Shown piece by piece: positions 1-10,720 of a DNA stretch of 64,000 nt. The stretch's first letter is position 1. The number at the start of each line of letters is the position of its first letter. Origin of the DNA: Candidatus Latescibacterota bacterium (GTDB lineage: Bacteria; Latescibacterota; UBA2968; SICM01); the NCBI GenBank assembly GCA_965217865.1, contig CBDCJO010000002.1:3904001-3968000 (forward strand). Reading direction: 5' to 3'. Both the position numbers and the translations under genes were made by a program. The notes beneath the pieces are model-generated. The model worked only from the letters and a program-made list of their open reading frames with translations. It ran no database searches and was not told the origin of the DNA.

Positions 1-913
1 CCTTGCCGAAGCCCAGAAGGCTTCGGGGGATACGACCGCGGCCATCTCAACCCTCCAGGAGGTCGCGGGTAAAGACACTTCGAGTGAAGGCGGGGGGGTG
101 GAAGGGGCCTTAGGCCTGTTGCTCTACAAACAGGCACGGTATGTCGAAGCCATTCCGAACCTCAAGGAGAAGTTGCAGGCCTCTCCCGAGATCCCGTTCC
201 TTTACAGCCTGCTGGGGAAATGTTACATCAAGATGAAGGATTACGGGGCGATTGTCACGAAGGTGATTCCGGCTCTGGACAGGGCGGTCGTGACCTACCC
301 GGACGAAAAGAGACTGAGCGGGGTTTACAGCGAACTCGGCATTGAGCTTTTCAATGCCAAGCAGTACAATGAGGCCATCAAACTTTTCGAGAAGCGACTG
401 ATCCACGACCCCGACAACTGGAGCGTCCATCTGAACATAGGTTATGCCAATTTTCAGAAGAAGGCCTACCCCCATGCCGTCAGGTGCTTCAAGAGGGTTG
501 TGACGCTCAAGCCGAACCACGCGCAGGCTTACTTTCTCCTGGGGGCCTGCTACCGGTACCTTGAGAATATCGGGCGGGCAAAGTCCGCTTTCTTAAAAGC
601 GGTGAAACTCGACCCCAAAAACGTGGAAGCTCAGAAACAGGTCGGTCTCTCTTACCTGCTCGAGTCACAGGATCTGAGACAGGAGGAGATGCATAAGGAA
701 TCCCAGAAACTGGCTTCCCGGGCATCGAGCTTTTTCCGGAAGGCCGTGTCTTTAAAATCCAGAGACGTACAGGCCCGGGTCTGGCTGGCGCAGGCCTATG
801 CCATGTCCAAACAGATCGACAAGGCGAAAGAGACGTTCAGAAAGGTCTTGAACATGGATCCTGAAAACGAAGATGCCCAATCCGGACTGGATCGGCTGGA
901 AGGGGGGTACTGA
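1..913 (+). CDS. Tetratricopeptide-repeat protein (probably 5'-truncated by window edge)
   Basis: Consecutive TPR motifs (e.g. AYFLLGACYRYLENIGRAKSAFLKAVKLDPKN); the frame appears open upstream of the GTG at 98. Confidence 0.85.
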   Translation, partial: LAEAQKASGDTTAAISTLQEVAGKDTSSEGGGVEGALGLLLYKQARYVEAIPNLKEKLQASPEIPFLYSLLGKCYIKMKDYGAIVTKVIPALDRAVVTYPDEKRLSGVYSELGIELFNAKQYNEAIKLFEKRLIHDPDNWSVHLNIGYANFQKKAYPHAVRCFKRVVTLKPNHAQAYFLLGACYRYLENIGRAKSAFLKAVKLDPKNVEAQKQVGLSYLLESQDLRQEEMHKESQKLASRASSFFRKAVSLKSRDVQARVWLAQAYAMSKQIDKAKETFRKVLNMDPENEDAQSGLDRLEGGY

Positions 914-1030
914 AATGGGGTTGTGAGGCCGTCGTCCAGGATGAGGCCGGAATTTGATTATCATATAATTTATTCTCAGGTGTAATATCCACCACGTATA
1001 GGTTCTAACACAGAGTCGAGGAGGAGGCGC

Positions 1031-1753
1031 ATGCGTCAGTCGATCTTTACAACGATTTTGATACTCGGTGCGGTTGCAATCTCGACCATCATTTTCTATT
1101 ACTTTCTGCCGAAGTTCGTCCGCGACGGTGGGCCGACGGTGATTGCGTTGATGACGATCAGCGTTATGCTGATCACCTTCATCATCGAACGTCTGTTGAC
1201 ATTGAATAAGGCGAAGGGCAGGGGATCGATGATACAGTTTGCCGTGAATGTCGTTGAACGGGTTCGGCAAAAGGACATCGAGGGCGCCCTGTCTCTGTGC
1301 GACGATCAGCGGGGTTCGCTGGCCAACATCCTGCGGGCGGGGCTTGAACGATTCCGCAGTGTGGAACGGGGACCTGACATGAGTGAAGAACGGAGGATCG
1401 CTGAGATTCAACACGCCTTCGACACCGCGAGCGCCCTGGAGATCCCACTCCTCGAGCGCAACCTGATCGCTATGTCCACCATCGCATCGATTGCCACGAT
1501 GCTGGGCCTGCTCGGAACCACCGTCGGGATGATCCGAGCGTTCCAAGCGATGGCCCGCCAAGGCGCTCCTGATGCGATCCAGCTCGCCCTGGGTATCTCC
1601 GAGGCGCTTATCAACACCGCGGGCGGGCTTTTTGGGGGGATTATCGGGATCGTGGCCTACAACTTCTTCACGAACAAGGTGGACGGTTTCAGCTACGAGA
1701 TCGATGAAACAACCCACAACGTCGTCCAGCTCCTGACCGGGCGTTCCCAATAG
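1031..1753 (+). CDS. exbB: MotA/TolQ/ExbB proton channel protein
   Basis: LGLLGTTVGMIRAF and GISEALINTAGGL motifs; strong RBS GAGGAGG; followed by exbD-exbD-tonB. Confidence 0.92.
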   Translation: MRQSIFTTILILGAVAISTIIFYYFLPKFVRDGGPTVIALMTISVMLITFIIERLLTLNKAKGRGSMIQFAVNVVERVRQKDIEGALSLCDDQRGSLANILRAGLERFRSVERGPDMSEERRIAEIQHAFDTASALEIPLLERNLIAMSTIASIATMLGLLGTTVGMIRAFQAMARQGAPDAIQLALGISEALINTAGGLFGGIIGIVAYNFFTNKVDGFSYEIDETTHNVVQLLTGRSQ

Positions 1754-1775
1754 TTTAAGAGGAGGTAGAGCGGAT

Positions 1776-2198
1776 ATGGCCGTGCCCAAGATGCGACGGG
1801 TCGGGATCCGGATCGATATGACGCCGATGGTGGACATCGCATTCCTTCTCTTGATCTTCTTCATGAGCACCACACAGTTTAAGCCCCCGGAGGAGTCAGA
1901 GCTTGAGCTTCCTTCTTCTCACTCGGAGATCAAGCTTCCGGAGTCCAACGTGATGATCCTGGCTGTGGACAGAAAAAGCCAGATCTTCTATAAAATCGGA
2001 GGCGCGGGGGTTGAGAAGTCGACCTCCTTAGAGGATCTTGAACGGGCGGTTGTCGATGCCCGAATCAGGAACCCCAGGCTCCGGCTGGCGATCAAGGGGG
2101 ACAAAGACTCGGATTTCGGCGTTATCGACGACCTGATGGAGATCCTCCAGAGGACGGGAAACACGCGTTTCAACATGGTGACCCTGCTTGAGGATTGA
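1776..2198 (+). CDS. exbD: Biopolymer transport protein ExbD/TolR
   Basis: IDMTPMVDIAFLLLIFFM transmembrane motif; RBS GAGGAGG. Confidence 0.92.
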   Translation: MAVPKMRRVGIRIDMTPMVDIAFLLLIFFMSTTQFKPPEESELELPSSHSEIKLPESNVMILAVDRKSQIFYKIGGAGVEKSTSLEDLERAVVDARIRNPRLRLAIKGDKDSDFGVIDDLMEILQRTGNTRFNMVTLLED

Positions 2199-2240
2199 CG
2201 AAGAATCGAACCCTCTTTAATGTTTAGGAGGTGATGCGCG

Positions 2241-2729
2241 ATGGCCGGGGTGGCCGAAGGTGCAGAAACTCACGCAAAAGGAAAAGGGGCCAGGAGGGGC
2301 AGCAAGCGAATCTCCATCCGGCTTGATATGACGCCGATGGTGGACATCGCATTCCTTCTGCTCATCTTCTTCATGGTCACAACTGTGTTTCTGGCTCCGC
2401 AGACCATGGAGATCAACCTGCCCCCTTCCGAACAGAAGGTGGATGTGGCCGAGTCCAATCTGATGACGCTTTATGTTACCGAAGATAACCTGGTCTACTG
2501 GTCCATCGGGCGGGACACCCCCGAAAGGGTGGAGATGGAGGAAATCCAGTCCATGCTGTTGGAACAGAATACGGAAAATCCCAATTTAATTACCCTGGTC
2601 AAGCTCGACCGACAGGCCCGCTACCATATGATGGTGGACATGCTGGATGAACTTAACATCGGGAACATCACCCGATTCAGCGTGGCGACTCTGACTGATC
2701 GGGACAAGGAGGTGTTATCCAACGTATGA
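2241..2729 (+). CDS. exbD: Biopolymer transport protein ExbD/TolR, second copy
   Basis: LDMTPMVDIAFLLLIFFMV motif; RBS AGGAGG. Confidence 0.92.
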   Translation: MAGVAEGAETHAKGKGARRGSKRISIRLDMTPMVDIAFLLLIFFMVTTVFLAPQTMEINLPPSEQKVDVAESNLMTLYVTEDNLVYWSIGRDTPERVEMEEIQSMLLEQNTENPNLITLVKLDRQARYHMMVDMLDELNIGNITRFSVATLTDRDKEVLSNV

Positions 2730-3484
2730 GCGTGACAGCGACGATGCTCAACGTCTTCGATTACGGGGCGGCCGAACTGAAGCGGATGTATCAAAGGAAC
2801 GCCCGGAAGGCCTTTACCTATTCCGCCATCGGGCACCTGGTTGTGGCCACGATTTACGTGGGAACCGTGTGGTATCTTGAGGATGATGCGAGGGTCCGGA
2901 AGGTGAGGATCATCAAGTACTCGGACCTGGGTCCCCCTCCTTCGATGACCGATCAGGTGGCGGCCCCCCAGATCCAGGTGTCGGCAGCAGCGGCTCGTCC
3001 CACCGTAGGTATTCCCGAGCCGGTGCCTGACGCCGAGGTCTCGACCGAGACCACGATCGCCACCCAGACCGAGATGAGCCAGATGACTTCCCTTATCGGC
3101 GGAGAGGGCGGGTTCGGAGAGGGTTCCGTCATTCAGTTGGAGGATGCCGTCGTTCTAGGGGGAGACAATATTCTTGTGGAGGAGGATGTCCTGCCTGAAT
3201 TTGGGGAATTCGTCCCCGTCGAAGAACAGCCCGTTCCTGTCGATAGGCCCAAGCCGGTGTATCCTGAGATCGCCAGGCGGGCGGGGATTTCGGGCGTGGT
3301 ATTCGTCATGATCCTTGTGGACAAGACCGGAAAGGTTCGGGACGTACAGATCACGAAAGGCCCCGAGATGTTCCACGAGTCTGCGAAGGATGCGGCTTGG
3401 AAGAGTGTCTGGAGACCGGCAATCCAGAATCAGAAACCGGTGGCCGTTTGGATCGCCTTTCCGGTTCGGTTTAAGCTCAGATAG
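2726..3484 (+). CDS. tonB: Energy transducer TonB
   Basis: N-terminal TM helix, Pro-rich linker, C-terminal YPEIARRAGISGVV...WRPAIQNQKPV TonB domain. Confidence 0.9.
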   Translation: MSVTATMLNVFDYGAAELKRMYQRNARKAFTYSAIGHLVVATIYVGTVWYLEDDARVRKVRIIKYSDLGPPPSMTDQVAAPQIQVSAAAARPTVGIPEPVPDAEVSTETTIATQTEMSQMTSLIGGEGGFGEGSVIQLEDAVVLGGDNILVEEDVLPEFGEFVPVEEQPVPVDRPKPVYPEIARRAGISGVVFVMILVDKTGKVRDVQITKGPEMFHESAKDAAWKSVWRPAIQNQKPVAVWIAFPVRFKLR

Positions 3485-3518
3485 GAACCCTGGATGATTC
3501 CCTCGGGAGGAGGCTGAT

Positions 3519-3743
3519 ATGTTTGGCGACGTCGGTTTCGCGGAAATGATCATCATATTCCTGGTGATCCTGGTCTTCTTCGGGGCGAAGCGCCTCCCCG
3601 AGCTTGCCGGTGGATTGGGCAAAAGCATCCGGGAGTTCAAGAAGGGGCTCAAGGATGTCCAGGACGAAGTGACCCAGGAGATCCATCAGTCGGTTGACGA
3701 GGATCCAAAGGGGAAGGAAAAAGAACGAGCAGAGTCCTCCTGA
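3519..3743 (+). CDS. tatA: Twin-arginine translocase TatA/TatE subunit
   Basis: FGAKRLPELAGGLGKSIREFKK motif; RBS GGAGG. Confidence 0.93.
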   Translation: MFGDVGFAEMIIIFLVILVFFGAKRLPELAGGLGKSIREFKKGLKDVQDEVTQEIHQSVDEDPKGKEKERAESS

Positions 3744-3759
3744 TCGGATAAGGATTTCG

Positions 3760-4950
3760 ATGTCGAACGAGACTTCCCAGCAGGAAAACGTTCGCTGGGT
3801 AGCCGCAGCCGGTGCCGTCGCGCTGTTGCTGGTAGCCGGAGTCGCCTGGTATCTCCTTCGTCCGGACAAGGTCACCGATGTTCGAGATATGCGGACATTG
3901 GTGGAGCGCCTCGACGGATTGCAGAATCAGATCGACGTTCGGCAACGAAGGATCGCCGAGGCGGTCCGGGACTTCAATGCAACCCATCCAAACGATCGGA
4001 TCGAGATCGAGTCAAGCAACACGCTACAACTGAAGGACTTACAACAGCAGATCCTTCAGCGGATGGTGCACGCCGAAAGGGACGTCTCCTACCAAGGGCT
4101 CCTTGATGAGATCGGCCGGCAAGGAGGGGAAATAAGCCGGCTGAACAACGAGATTGCGGCGATGAGGTCCCGGTTGCCCGAACCAATCGAGGTGAGGGAG
4201 GGGGACACGCATTATGGCCTTTCTTTGAAGTATTTGAAAGAGAACAGGGGCCTCCCGAAGGAAGAGGCTGAAGCGATCCTGAATGAATTTGCCATGGTCG
4301 AGGATCTCGTATCCGGATTTCAAGTCTGGATGATCTATGACAAAACTTCGGATTTATTCGGAAGTTTCGTTACACAGGGTTCTGCCCCCATCAGCCCCCG
4401 CCGGGCACAGACCCGATCGAAGAGGGCATTGCTTGCAAAAATAGAGAGAGCCGAGGAGCTCGCAGGGGTCCTTTCGTCGCAGAAATTTGGCCTGGAGGAA
4501 GAGGTTGACCGAATGGAACTGGTCGCGTCGGATTTACAGGCGCACCTGAATGTCGTCCAATGGGAGCGGGACAGGGCCCAGCGTCTTGCGGAAGCCCGGG
4601 AGCGAGAACGACAGGCGATGGAACGTCGGCTGAACTCCTTTTTTTACGCGGTCGGCAAATTTGATGAGTTCAAGAAGAACGGCGTCGTGAAGGGAGGGAG
4701 AATCGTCCCGGCAAACGAGGACCTGTTCGTGAATTCCGTAGACCTCCGATCAAAGAAGATGTTGAGTTTTTCAGCGGGGGATGCGGGATTTCGCAGGATC
4801 AGGTCGGTAAAGATCATCCCATCGACTCTAAAGAGCAGAAAACATTATAAGATCAATTATTCCACCGATCGTCAGCACGCAACGATCGAAATTGTCGATA
4901 AGGACGCCTTTATCCGGGAGAGGCGGGTCTTGTTCGGCCTCAAGAATTAA
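3760..4950 (+). CDS. Membrane-anchored coiled-coil hypothetical protein with possible LysM-like segment
   Basis: Long ORF; ATG at 3760 after AAGGA; TM helix, heptad-rich regions, EVREGDTHYGLS resembles a LysM start. Confidence 0.7.
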   Translation: MSNETSQQENVRWVAAAGAVALLLVAGVAWYLLRPDKVTDVRDMRTLVERLDGLQNQIDVRQRRIAEAVRDFNATHPNDRIEIESSNTLQLKDLQQQILQRMVHAERDVSYQGLLDEIGRQGGEISRLNNEIAAMRSRLPEPIEVREGDTHYGLSLKYLKENRGLPKEEAEAILNEFAMVEDLVSGFQVWMIYDKTSDLFGSFVTQGSAPISPRRAQTRSKRALLAKIERAEELAGVLSSQKFGLEEEVDRMELVASDLQAHLNVVQWERDRAQRLAEARERERQAMERRLNSFFYAVGKFDEFKKNGVVKGGRIVPANEDLFVNSVDLRSKKMLSFSAGDAGFRRIRSVKIIPSTLKSRKHYKINYSTDRQHATIEIVDKDAFIRERRVLFGLKN

Positions 4951-4980
4951 GATCCACACATCCTGGATTCGGTAACGATA

Positions 4981-5006
4981 GGGGCGCGGATACCGCGCCC
5001 TTTTTC
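4981..5006 (+). terminator. Rho-independent terminator
   Basis: GGGCGCGG-ATA-CCGCGCCC followed by T-run. Confidence 0.7.
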
Positions 5007-5018
5007 TCGTATCCACAG

Positions 5019-5718
5019 ATGCCCCCTCTTTCCCCCGAAATCCCCGCGATTGAGATCTTTTCGATCGGGACCGAGCTGGTCCTGGGCCGAATTCAAGACA
5101 CAAATGGGCACTGGATCGCTCAGGAGATCGCGAAGGTTGGGGGGATTCTGAGACGGGCCACCATGATCCCGGATGAGCTGAATGAGATCGTTCTTGCCCT
5201 CCAGGAAGCGGTCGATCGGGGAAGTAAGATCATCATCACCACGGGGGGCTTGGGACCCACCCCAGATGACCTGACGGTGGCAACGGTCCCTACGGGGGCA
5301 AAGGTGTTTCAAAACCCAGCGGGATGGGCCCCCTGCACGATGGTGGGCGTGGCGGGCGCAACGATCCTGAGCCTCCCGGGACCTCCCCAAGGAGATGATG
5401 GCGTTGTTCAGTCGATATGTCGAGGGTTTTATTTCCGAGACCTATGAGACGAAGATCGCCTCTCTGAGGGTTGTCGTGGATATGTTCGAATCAGAGGTGT
5501 CACCCCTGCTCCAGAAGGTTATGCAGAGGTTTCCGAACACCTACTTAAAGGCCTATGTTGCGATGCGTCACGATGCTCACGGTATGCCGGTAGACCTGGT
5601 CGCCAGAGCCGAAGACCCCGCTTCCGCGCAGGAACTGCTGGACAAAACCGTTGATCTTTTCGGCAAACTTGTGACGGAAAAGGGCAAGACCATGGAGTTC
5701 TTTGAAGGCCGTTCGTGA
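5019..5718 (+). pseudogene. CinA/molybdopterin-binding-domain protein, frameshifted and internally deleted
   Basis: IGTELVLGRIQDTN, TGGLGPTPDDLT and LPGPP motifs; frame change near 5390; the segment normally between DDLT and P-x-GA is missing. Confidence 0.75.
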
Positions 5719-5832
5719 GCCGATTTGGGACCTCAAAACCCGGGTTGCGGCTTCGATGGGTGGCCCCGGTCCGGCCGAACCTCTTCTCCTTCCTCCACCC
5801 GCTTTCCCCCCTTCATCCTTCCCGGTTTTTCA

Positions 5833-5861
5833 TTGACTATGCTAAATTCTGTTCTTATATT
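5833..5861 (+). promoter_or_regulatory. Sigma70-type promoter
   Basis: TTGACT-17 nt-TATATT upstream of the 5944 ORF. Confidence 0.6.
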
Positions 5862-5943
5862 GAATTTGTGTGAATAGGCCTTCTCTTGGCACATGCACAA
5901 CATGCTGTTAATTATTTAGTTAGTAAAAGCAAGAGTTTTTGCG

Positions 5944-8112
5944 ATGTCCACTGTTGAACGGCGCAAGGCCTTTTTTATCCAGCAGGGAAAAGACTTCGGA
6001 GACGCCCACTTCGATCCCGAACTTGACCTTGTGGTCTACCGGGGCCAACATGCCATCCGGGAATCTCTCTGGTATGCGTTGGGCCTTCTCAACGAAGTCG
6101 ATCCCGAGTCGCATCTCCGGGCCTGCAGGATCGTCCGTAGGGGGATTGCAACGCAGGAGATTGACGTATCCAACCGCTGGTATGGGGTTATGAAGACCAG
6201 CTGGGAGGAAGAGACTTATTCTGATCTCAACGGGGTGGCGTTCAACGGGGCCACTTTTGCGGGTATCTATCATCACTACCGGGACCGGCTTGACCCGGTG
6301 ACCGAAGAACAGGTACGGTCGGCCTTAGGGCGATCGCTTGAGGCCATCCGCCGGCGAGATGATCCGGTGGGCCATATGAATATGACATTGTCGTCCAGCT
6401 TGTCATTGATCATCGGCGGTCAGGACCTCGGGAATGAAGAGCTTCGGATTCTGGGTGAGAAGAAACTGTTTGGCTGGATCGAATATACCAATCTGGCAGG
6501 CGGCCCGAGGGACTATAACAACCTTGCATCTGGGGGGATTGCCCTCTCATCACTGGCTGAAATCGCGAACTTCGCGAAAGATCCGGAAGTCCGGTTGCGC
6601 GCACGTGCTTCCGAAGCCCGCCTATGGCTCCATCTGGCAACCCATTTTCACCCCGCCACGCATCAACTGGCAGGCCCGCATAGTCGGGCATACCACGAAG
6701 AGATCACCTTTAATCCCTCTTCCACCAAGGGCTGTCTCTACATCCTTTTGGGAGACGATGCGTTGATGGGGGAACTCAAATCAGATCAAGATATCCTGAG
6801 CGGGATCGTCATCGGGATGAGGACGTTCCACTGCCCTGACCCGATTCAGCGAATTTTCCTCCGAAAGACCTTCCCTTATATGGCCCGCGAAAAGACGGAT
6901 GCCGAACCTCAAATCCGATTCGGTCTAAGCGAAGCCGGTCAACTGGAGGTTGATCATCGGAGAGGGGAGTTCCGTATGGTGAAGACGGGGAGATTCAATG
7001 CGTCGGGGGGAAGCCGAGTGACGGATACGACTTGCTACATGAGGGCTGCCTATGCCCTTGGAACGGTCAATCAGCAGACCGTCGACTGCCATCGACACAA
7101 TCTGATTTTATACTATTCGATAGGAAAGAACAGCCGAAAGCCGGGGAGTTTCCGGGTGGTCCACGGAAATTTCAGGGGATCGGAAGAAAAGCGTCACCCC
7201 TTGCACCATCAGGCGATTTTCATCTCCGCACAAAACAGGAACCGGGCGATCGTTCTCCATACGTGTCCGCCGGTACGAACGGAGGCCATCACCTGTCTGG
7301 GGGCTTTTCTCAAGCTTCCTGAAAAGGTCGAAGGCTTGAACATCGGAGAACGAAAAGTGGTCCGCCTGCCGGTGGAAATTCCGGAGTCTGCCTGGGTGTT
7401 CCTGTCGGATGGGGGGGTCTATATTGCGATTCGACCCTTGGCCCGAACGGCCTTCGGGCGCAACAGCGCAGCCCGCATCGAACGAGGGGATGGTGCCCTG
7501 TATCTGAACATGCACAATTATGCGGGCCGGAGCCGTTCCTTTCCAGCAGAGCGAATGGGAACGCTCCGAAACGGGTATCTATTCGAAGTGGCGGACCGTA
7601 GGGAGGTCAAGACATTTGAAGCTTTCCGCTCACGGGTTTCCCGGACAAAAGTGGAGGACCGCACCACGAGCGGGGTTCGGTCTGTCCTCTGGGGGAGCGG
7701 GGGAGACAACCTTTTTCTTGAGTTGGAGACGGGTCGGGAGGTCACGGCGACGCGTTCGTTTGACGACGAACCGTATTCCCCCCCGAGTCTGGATGCTCCG
7801 AATGCTGCCCAGAGCAGCAGCGGTCAAATCAAGATCGGGAATGCCGATCTGAGCTGGACGGGAGGGATCCCTCTTGTTTTGATCGCAGAGGCGAAGGAAG
7901 CGTGTGTCATCAATCCTTCCACCGGAACCGGAAATGTCACATTGCGTATTCCGGGGGCGACGGTCTGGGTGGGAGCGATGTCCCCCGGTCATATCATCGT
8001 TGAGGACGGGAGAGTCATCAGGATAACATTGAACCTCTCACCCACGACAGGCCCGGTAAATGTTGAGACCGATGGGCGGGAGCACGAGATTGTCCGAAAG
8101 ATCGTTCACTGA
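5944..8112 (+). CDS. Large hypothetical protein, possibly heparinase/polysaccharide-lyase-like
   Basis: 722-aa ORF; helical N-terminal half with AGPHSRAY motif, beta-rich C-terminal half; function is a guess. Confidence 0.65.
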   Translation: MSTVERRKAFFIQQGKDFGDAHFDPELDLVVYRGQHAIRESLWYALGLLNEVDPESHLRACRIVRRGIATQEIDVSNRWYGVMKTSWEEETYSDLNGVAFNGATFAGIYHHYRDRLDPVTEEQVRSALGRSLEAIRRRDDPVGHMNMTLSSSLSLIIGGQDLGNEELRILGEKKLFGWIEYTNLAGGPRDYNNLASGGIALSSLAEIANFAKDPEVRLRARASEARLWLHLATHFHPATHQLAGPHSRAYHEEITFNPSSTKGCLYILLGDDALMGELKSDQDILSGIVIGMRTFHCPDPIQRIFLRKTFPYMAREKTDAEPQIRFGLSEAGQLEVDHRRGEFRMVKTGRFNASGGSRVTDTTCYMRAAYALGTVNQQTVDCHRHNLILYYSIGKNSRKPGSFRVVHGNFRGSEEKRHPLHHQAIFISAQNRNRAIVLHTCPPVRTEAITCLGAFLKLPEKVEGLNIGERKVVRLPVEIPESAWVFLSDGGVYIAIRPLARTAFGRNSAARIERGDGALYLNMHNYAGRSRSFPAERMGTLRNGYLFEVADRREVKTFEAFRSRVSRTKVEDRTTSGVRSVLWGSGGDNLFLELETGREVTATRSFDDEPYSPPSLDAPNAAQSSSGQIKIGNADLSWTGGIPLVLIAEAKEACVINPSTGTGNVTLRIPGATVWVGAMSPGHIIVEDGRVIRITLNLSPTTGPVNVETDGREHEIVRKIVH

Positions 8113-8133
8113 GGCCACAAGATAGGAGGGACA

Positions 8134-8601
8134 ATGGAGAAATCTCCGACCGAAGATCTGGTCAAGCTGATTCGAGGGATTTCGCTATTCAAGACGTTCA
8201 CTCCGCATGAAGCCCAGGCGGTGCTGCGCATTGCCAAGTCCAAAAAGTGCGATCCTCGGCAGATCGTGTATGAAAAAGGAGAGGCCAGCAGTGAGATGTT
8301 TATCCTGTGGAAGGGGTCCCTCCTCGTCCAGTCTGAGAAGGGGATCAACATCGCCAGAATCGGGCTCGGAGAGTCTGTGGGCGAGATCGGAGTCATGACC
8401 AACGCGCCCCGTTCCGCCCGGGTCGTCGCCCCCGAAGAGTGTTATGGCCTGTCCATACAGAAGGGCGAACTATTGAACCTGCTGAAGTCCGAGAAAGATC
8501 TCTGCATCAAGTTTCAACGTAATCTGATCGATTTGCTTGCCGATCGAATCCGGAAAACGGATGATCTGATCGACACGTATGCGAGCAAAGAAAGGGATTA
8601 G
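8134..8601 (+). CDS. Cyclic nucleotide-binding domain protein
   Basis: GESVGEIGVMTNAPRSARVVA cNMP phosphate-binding cassette; RBS AGGAGG. Confidence 0.85.
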   Translation: MEKSPTEDLVKLIRGISLFKTFTPHEAQAVLRIAKSKKCDPRQIVYEKGEASSEMFILWKGSLLVQSEKGINIARIGLGESVGEIGVMTNAPRSARVVAPEECYGLSIQKGELLNLLKSEKDLCIKFQRNLIDLLADRIRKTDDLIDTYASKERD

Positions 8602-8717
8602 AATTTGGACCTGCCGATAGGTCGCACACCGTATCTTGCAAAAGTTTGGATCCACCCTTTATAGAAGAACAGGCATTCAGGGCAGAATCCCGAATGCCTG
8701 TTTTCGTCACGTGAATT

Positions 8718-8793
8718 TGGTAGCGGTGGAGGGACTCGAACCCCCGGCCCAAGGATTATGATTCCTCTGCTCTACCAGCTGAGCTACACCGCC
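8718..8793 (-). tRNA. tRNA with CAT anticodon, probably elongator tRNA-Met
   Basis: Reverse complement GGCGGTGTAGCTCAGCTGGTAGAGCAGAGGAATCATAATCCTTGGGCCGGGGGTTCGAGTCCCTCCACCGCTACCA; cloverleaf with encoded CCA. Confidence 0.93.
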
Positions 8794-8897
8794 CGCAAAT
8801 CGCTTGGTAAAACGTCAAGTATAATATTAACACAACGATTTGTCCGGGTCAAGGGAAATAGAACCGCAGGGAACAACGGAATATCTCCTGAAACCTT

Positions 8898-9788
8898 ATG
8901 ATGGATCGAACCTCCGTGTCCACCATCCTCGAAAATCCCTACATCGAATCGACCGCGTGGTTGCGGGGAAATCTTCACGCGCACACGACGATCAGCGATG
9001 GGGAAAAGCGGTCATCGCCGATTATGAGCGACGAGGCTACGATTTTCTGTCGATCAGCGATCACGACAGGCTGGTTTCTCCGGAGACCTATCAGAAGGGG
9101 ACAAACCTGTCGTTGATCCGCGGGGTTGAAGTCACTGCCGAGGGTCCTCATATCCTTCACGTGAATGCGCACGACACCGTCGAGCCTGTCCGGGACCGCC
9201 AGAAGGTCCTAGATGGGATCCAGCGAGGGGGCGGGTTCTCGGTTTTATGCCATCCGAACCTGGGTCCTCGCTGCGACCATTTTCAACAACGCTCAATGGA
9301 GACGCTGGAAGGCTTCGTCGGGATTGAGATCTACAACGGCGTGGTTGAAAGATGCGGGGGGAGGGCATTGGCCACCGACCGCTGGGATATCCTCCTGAGT
9401 TCCGGGCGTCGGATATGGGGGTTTGCGGACGACGATTCGCACCGTCCCGGTGACGTCGGGCTGGCCTGGAATGTGGTGCAGTCGGAAAACCGGTCAACAG
9501 AGGCGATCATCACGGCCATCCGACAGGGGCGCTTCTATAGCCTCCACAGGGGTGACGATTCGGAGCGTTCGTGTCGAGGGCGGCGAGATCCACGTTCAAA
9601 CCGTGGATGCGTACCGGATCCGATTTGTGAGCGGGTTCGGCGTCATACAGGCCTCCGCAGACAGCCAGGATGCGACCTACCCCGTACCGGAGGACAGGGA
9701 TTTGGCCCGGAGCCTTCGGTATATCCGCGCTGAATGTTACGGTATCGGCGGCCGTTGCGCCTGGACCCAGCCCATTTTCATCTCATGA
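8898..9788 (+). pseudogene. PHP-family (CehA/McbA-like) metallohydrolase, two frameshifts
   Basis: GNLHAHTTISDG, ISDHD, CHP, GFADDDSH and terminal AWTQPIF motifs are spread over more than one frame (shifts near 9003 and 9538). Confidence 0.8.
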
Positions 9789-10720
9789 ACCCGCCTGGAC
9801 AAACCCGAGCCCGGGAATATCAAGAGGATCAAATCTTCAAAGTTCGTGGGGGGAACCTCTCAGCCGTATCCTGCGATTCGGTCCTTCGTCAGTTTGCTGA
9901 GTTTGCGGCGCACGGGAGGAAAGACCATAACGGGAGGGGAGACCATATCGGTTTGGACCTCTCAGAACTGACATTCGTCGATCCTTACGGTATGGGGATG
10001 CTCTGTCTCATCGCCCGATATCTCAACCGGACATTTCGGAAGGTATCATGCAAAGTTCCCGATGCGGATTCGGTGCGAAGATATCTGAGCCGAATGAATG
10101 TCCTCGACGCCCTCGGTCGGTTCGTTTCATTTGAGGGGAGTCCCATTCCCGTCCGACACGTCGTTTCACGGGAGGGGCTTCTCGAAGTGACGCCGATCAA
10201 CCAGCAGGGGGACGTGGAATCTCTGCTCCATCTTATCGGACGCCGGGTAAGCGCAATCCTTGCGGAAGAGTTGAATTTCAGGGAACGGGATATCACGGGT
10301 TTCAAGAACGTTGTGGCCGAACTCTGTCACAACGTGCTCGACCACAGCTGCGATTGGGGATATGTCGCGGCCCAGCGGTTTATGGATCAGCGGCGGGGAA
10401 AGAAGTTTGCGATCATCGGCGTTGGAGATCTGGGGATCGGCATACGAGAGAGCCTGGCCACCCGGTACGACGTGTCGAATTGGTCGCACGCGACGGCCAT
10501 CACCAATGCCGTTCGAAAGCAGTTCTCCCGCGACCCCACGCGCGGCCTCGGACTCTACGTCGTCAACCGGATTTGCGGGATCTATGGGGGGAGCCTTCAC
10601 ATCAGGTCCGGCAATGCGCGCGTCTATTTTCGAAGCAGGTCCGTGTACCGAAACGAAATCGCGTCTTTTCCAGGCACTCAGATCAGCATCACGTTGTATC
10701 AATCCGATGGCGGGCGATGA
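9785..10720 (+). CDS. STAS-like plus HATPase_c (GHKL) domain protein
   Basis: LDLSELTFVDPYG (STAS-like), ELCHNVLDHS N-box, DLGIGI and RGLGL G-boxes. Confidence 0.75.
   Translation: MNPPGQTRAREYQEDQIFKVRGGNLSAVSCDSVLRQFAEFAAHGRKDHNGRGDHIGLDLSELTFVDPYGMGMLCLIARYLNRTFRKVSCKVPDADSVRRYLSRMNVLDALGRFVSFEGSPIPVRHVVSREGLLEVTPINQQGDVESLLHLIGRRVSAILAEELNFRERDITGFKNVVAELCHNVLDHSCDWGYVAAQRFMDQRRGKKFAIIGVGDLGIGIRESLATRYDVSNWSHATAITNAVRKQFSRDPTRGLGLYVVNRICGIYGGSLHIRSGNARVYFRSRSVYRNEIASFPGTQISITLYQSDGGR

Noticed and set aside
752-1873. 373-aa minus-strand ORF
   Set aside because: Antisense shadow of exbB/exbD in GC-rich DNA
1814-2358. ~35-bp direct repeat as a recombination site
   Set aside because: Encodes the conserved DMTPMVDIAFL motif of the two exbD paralogs
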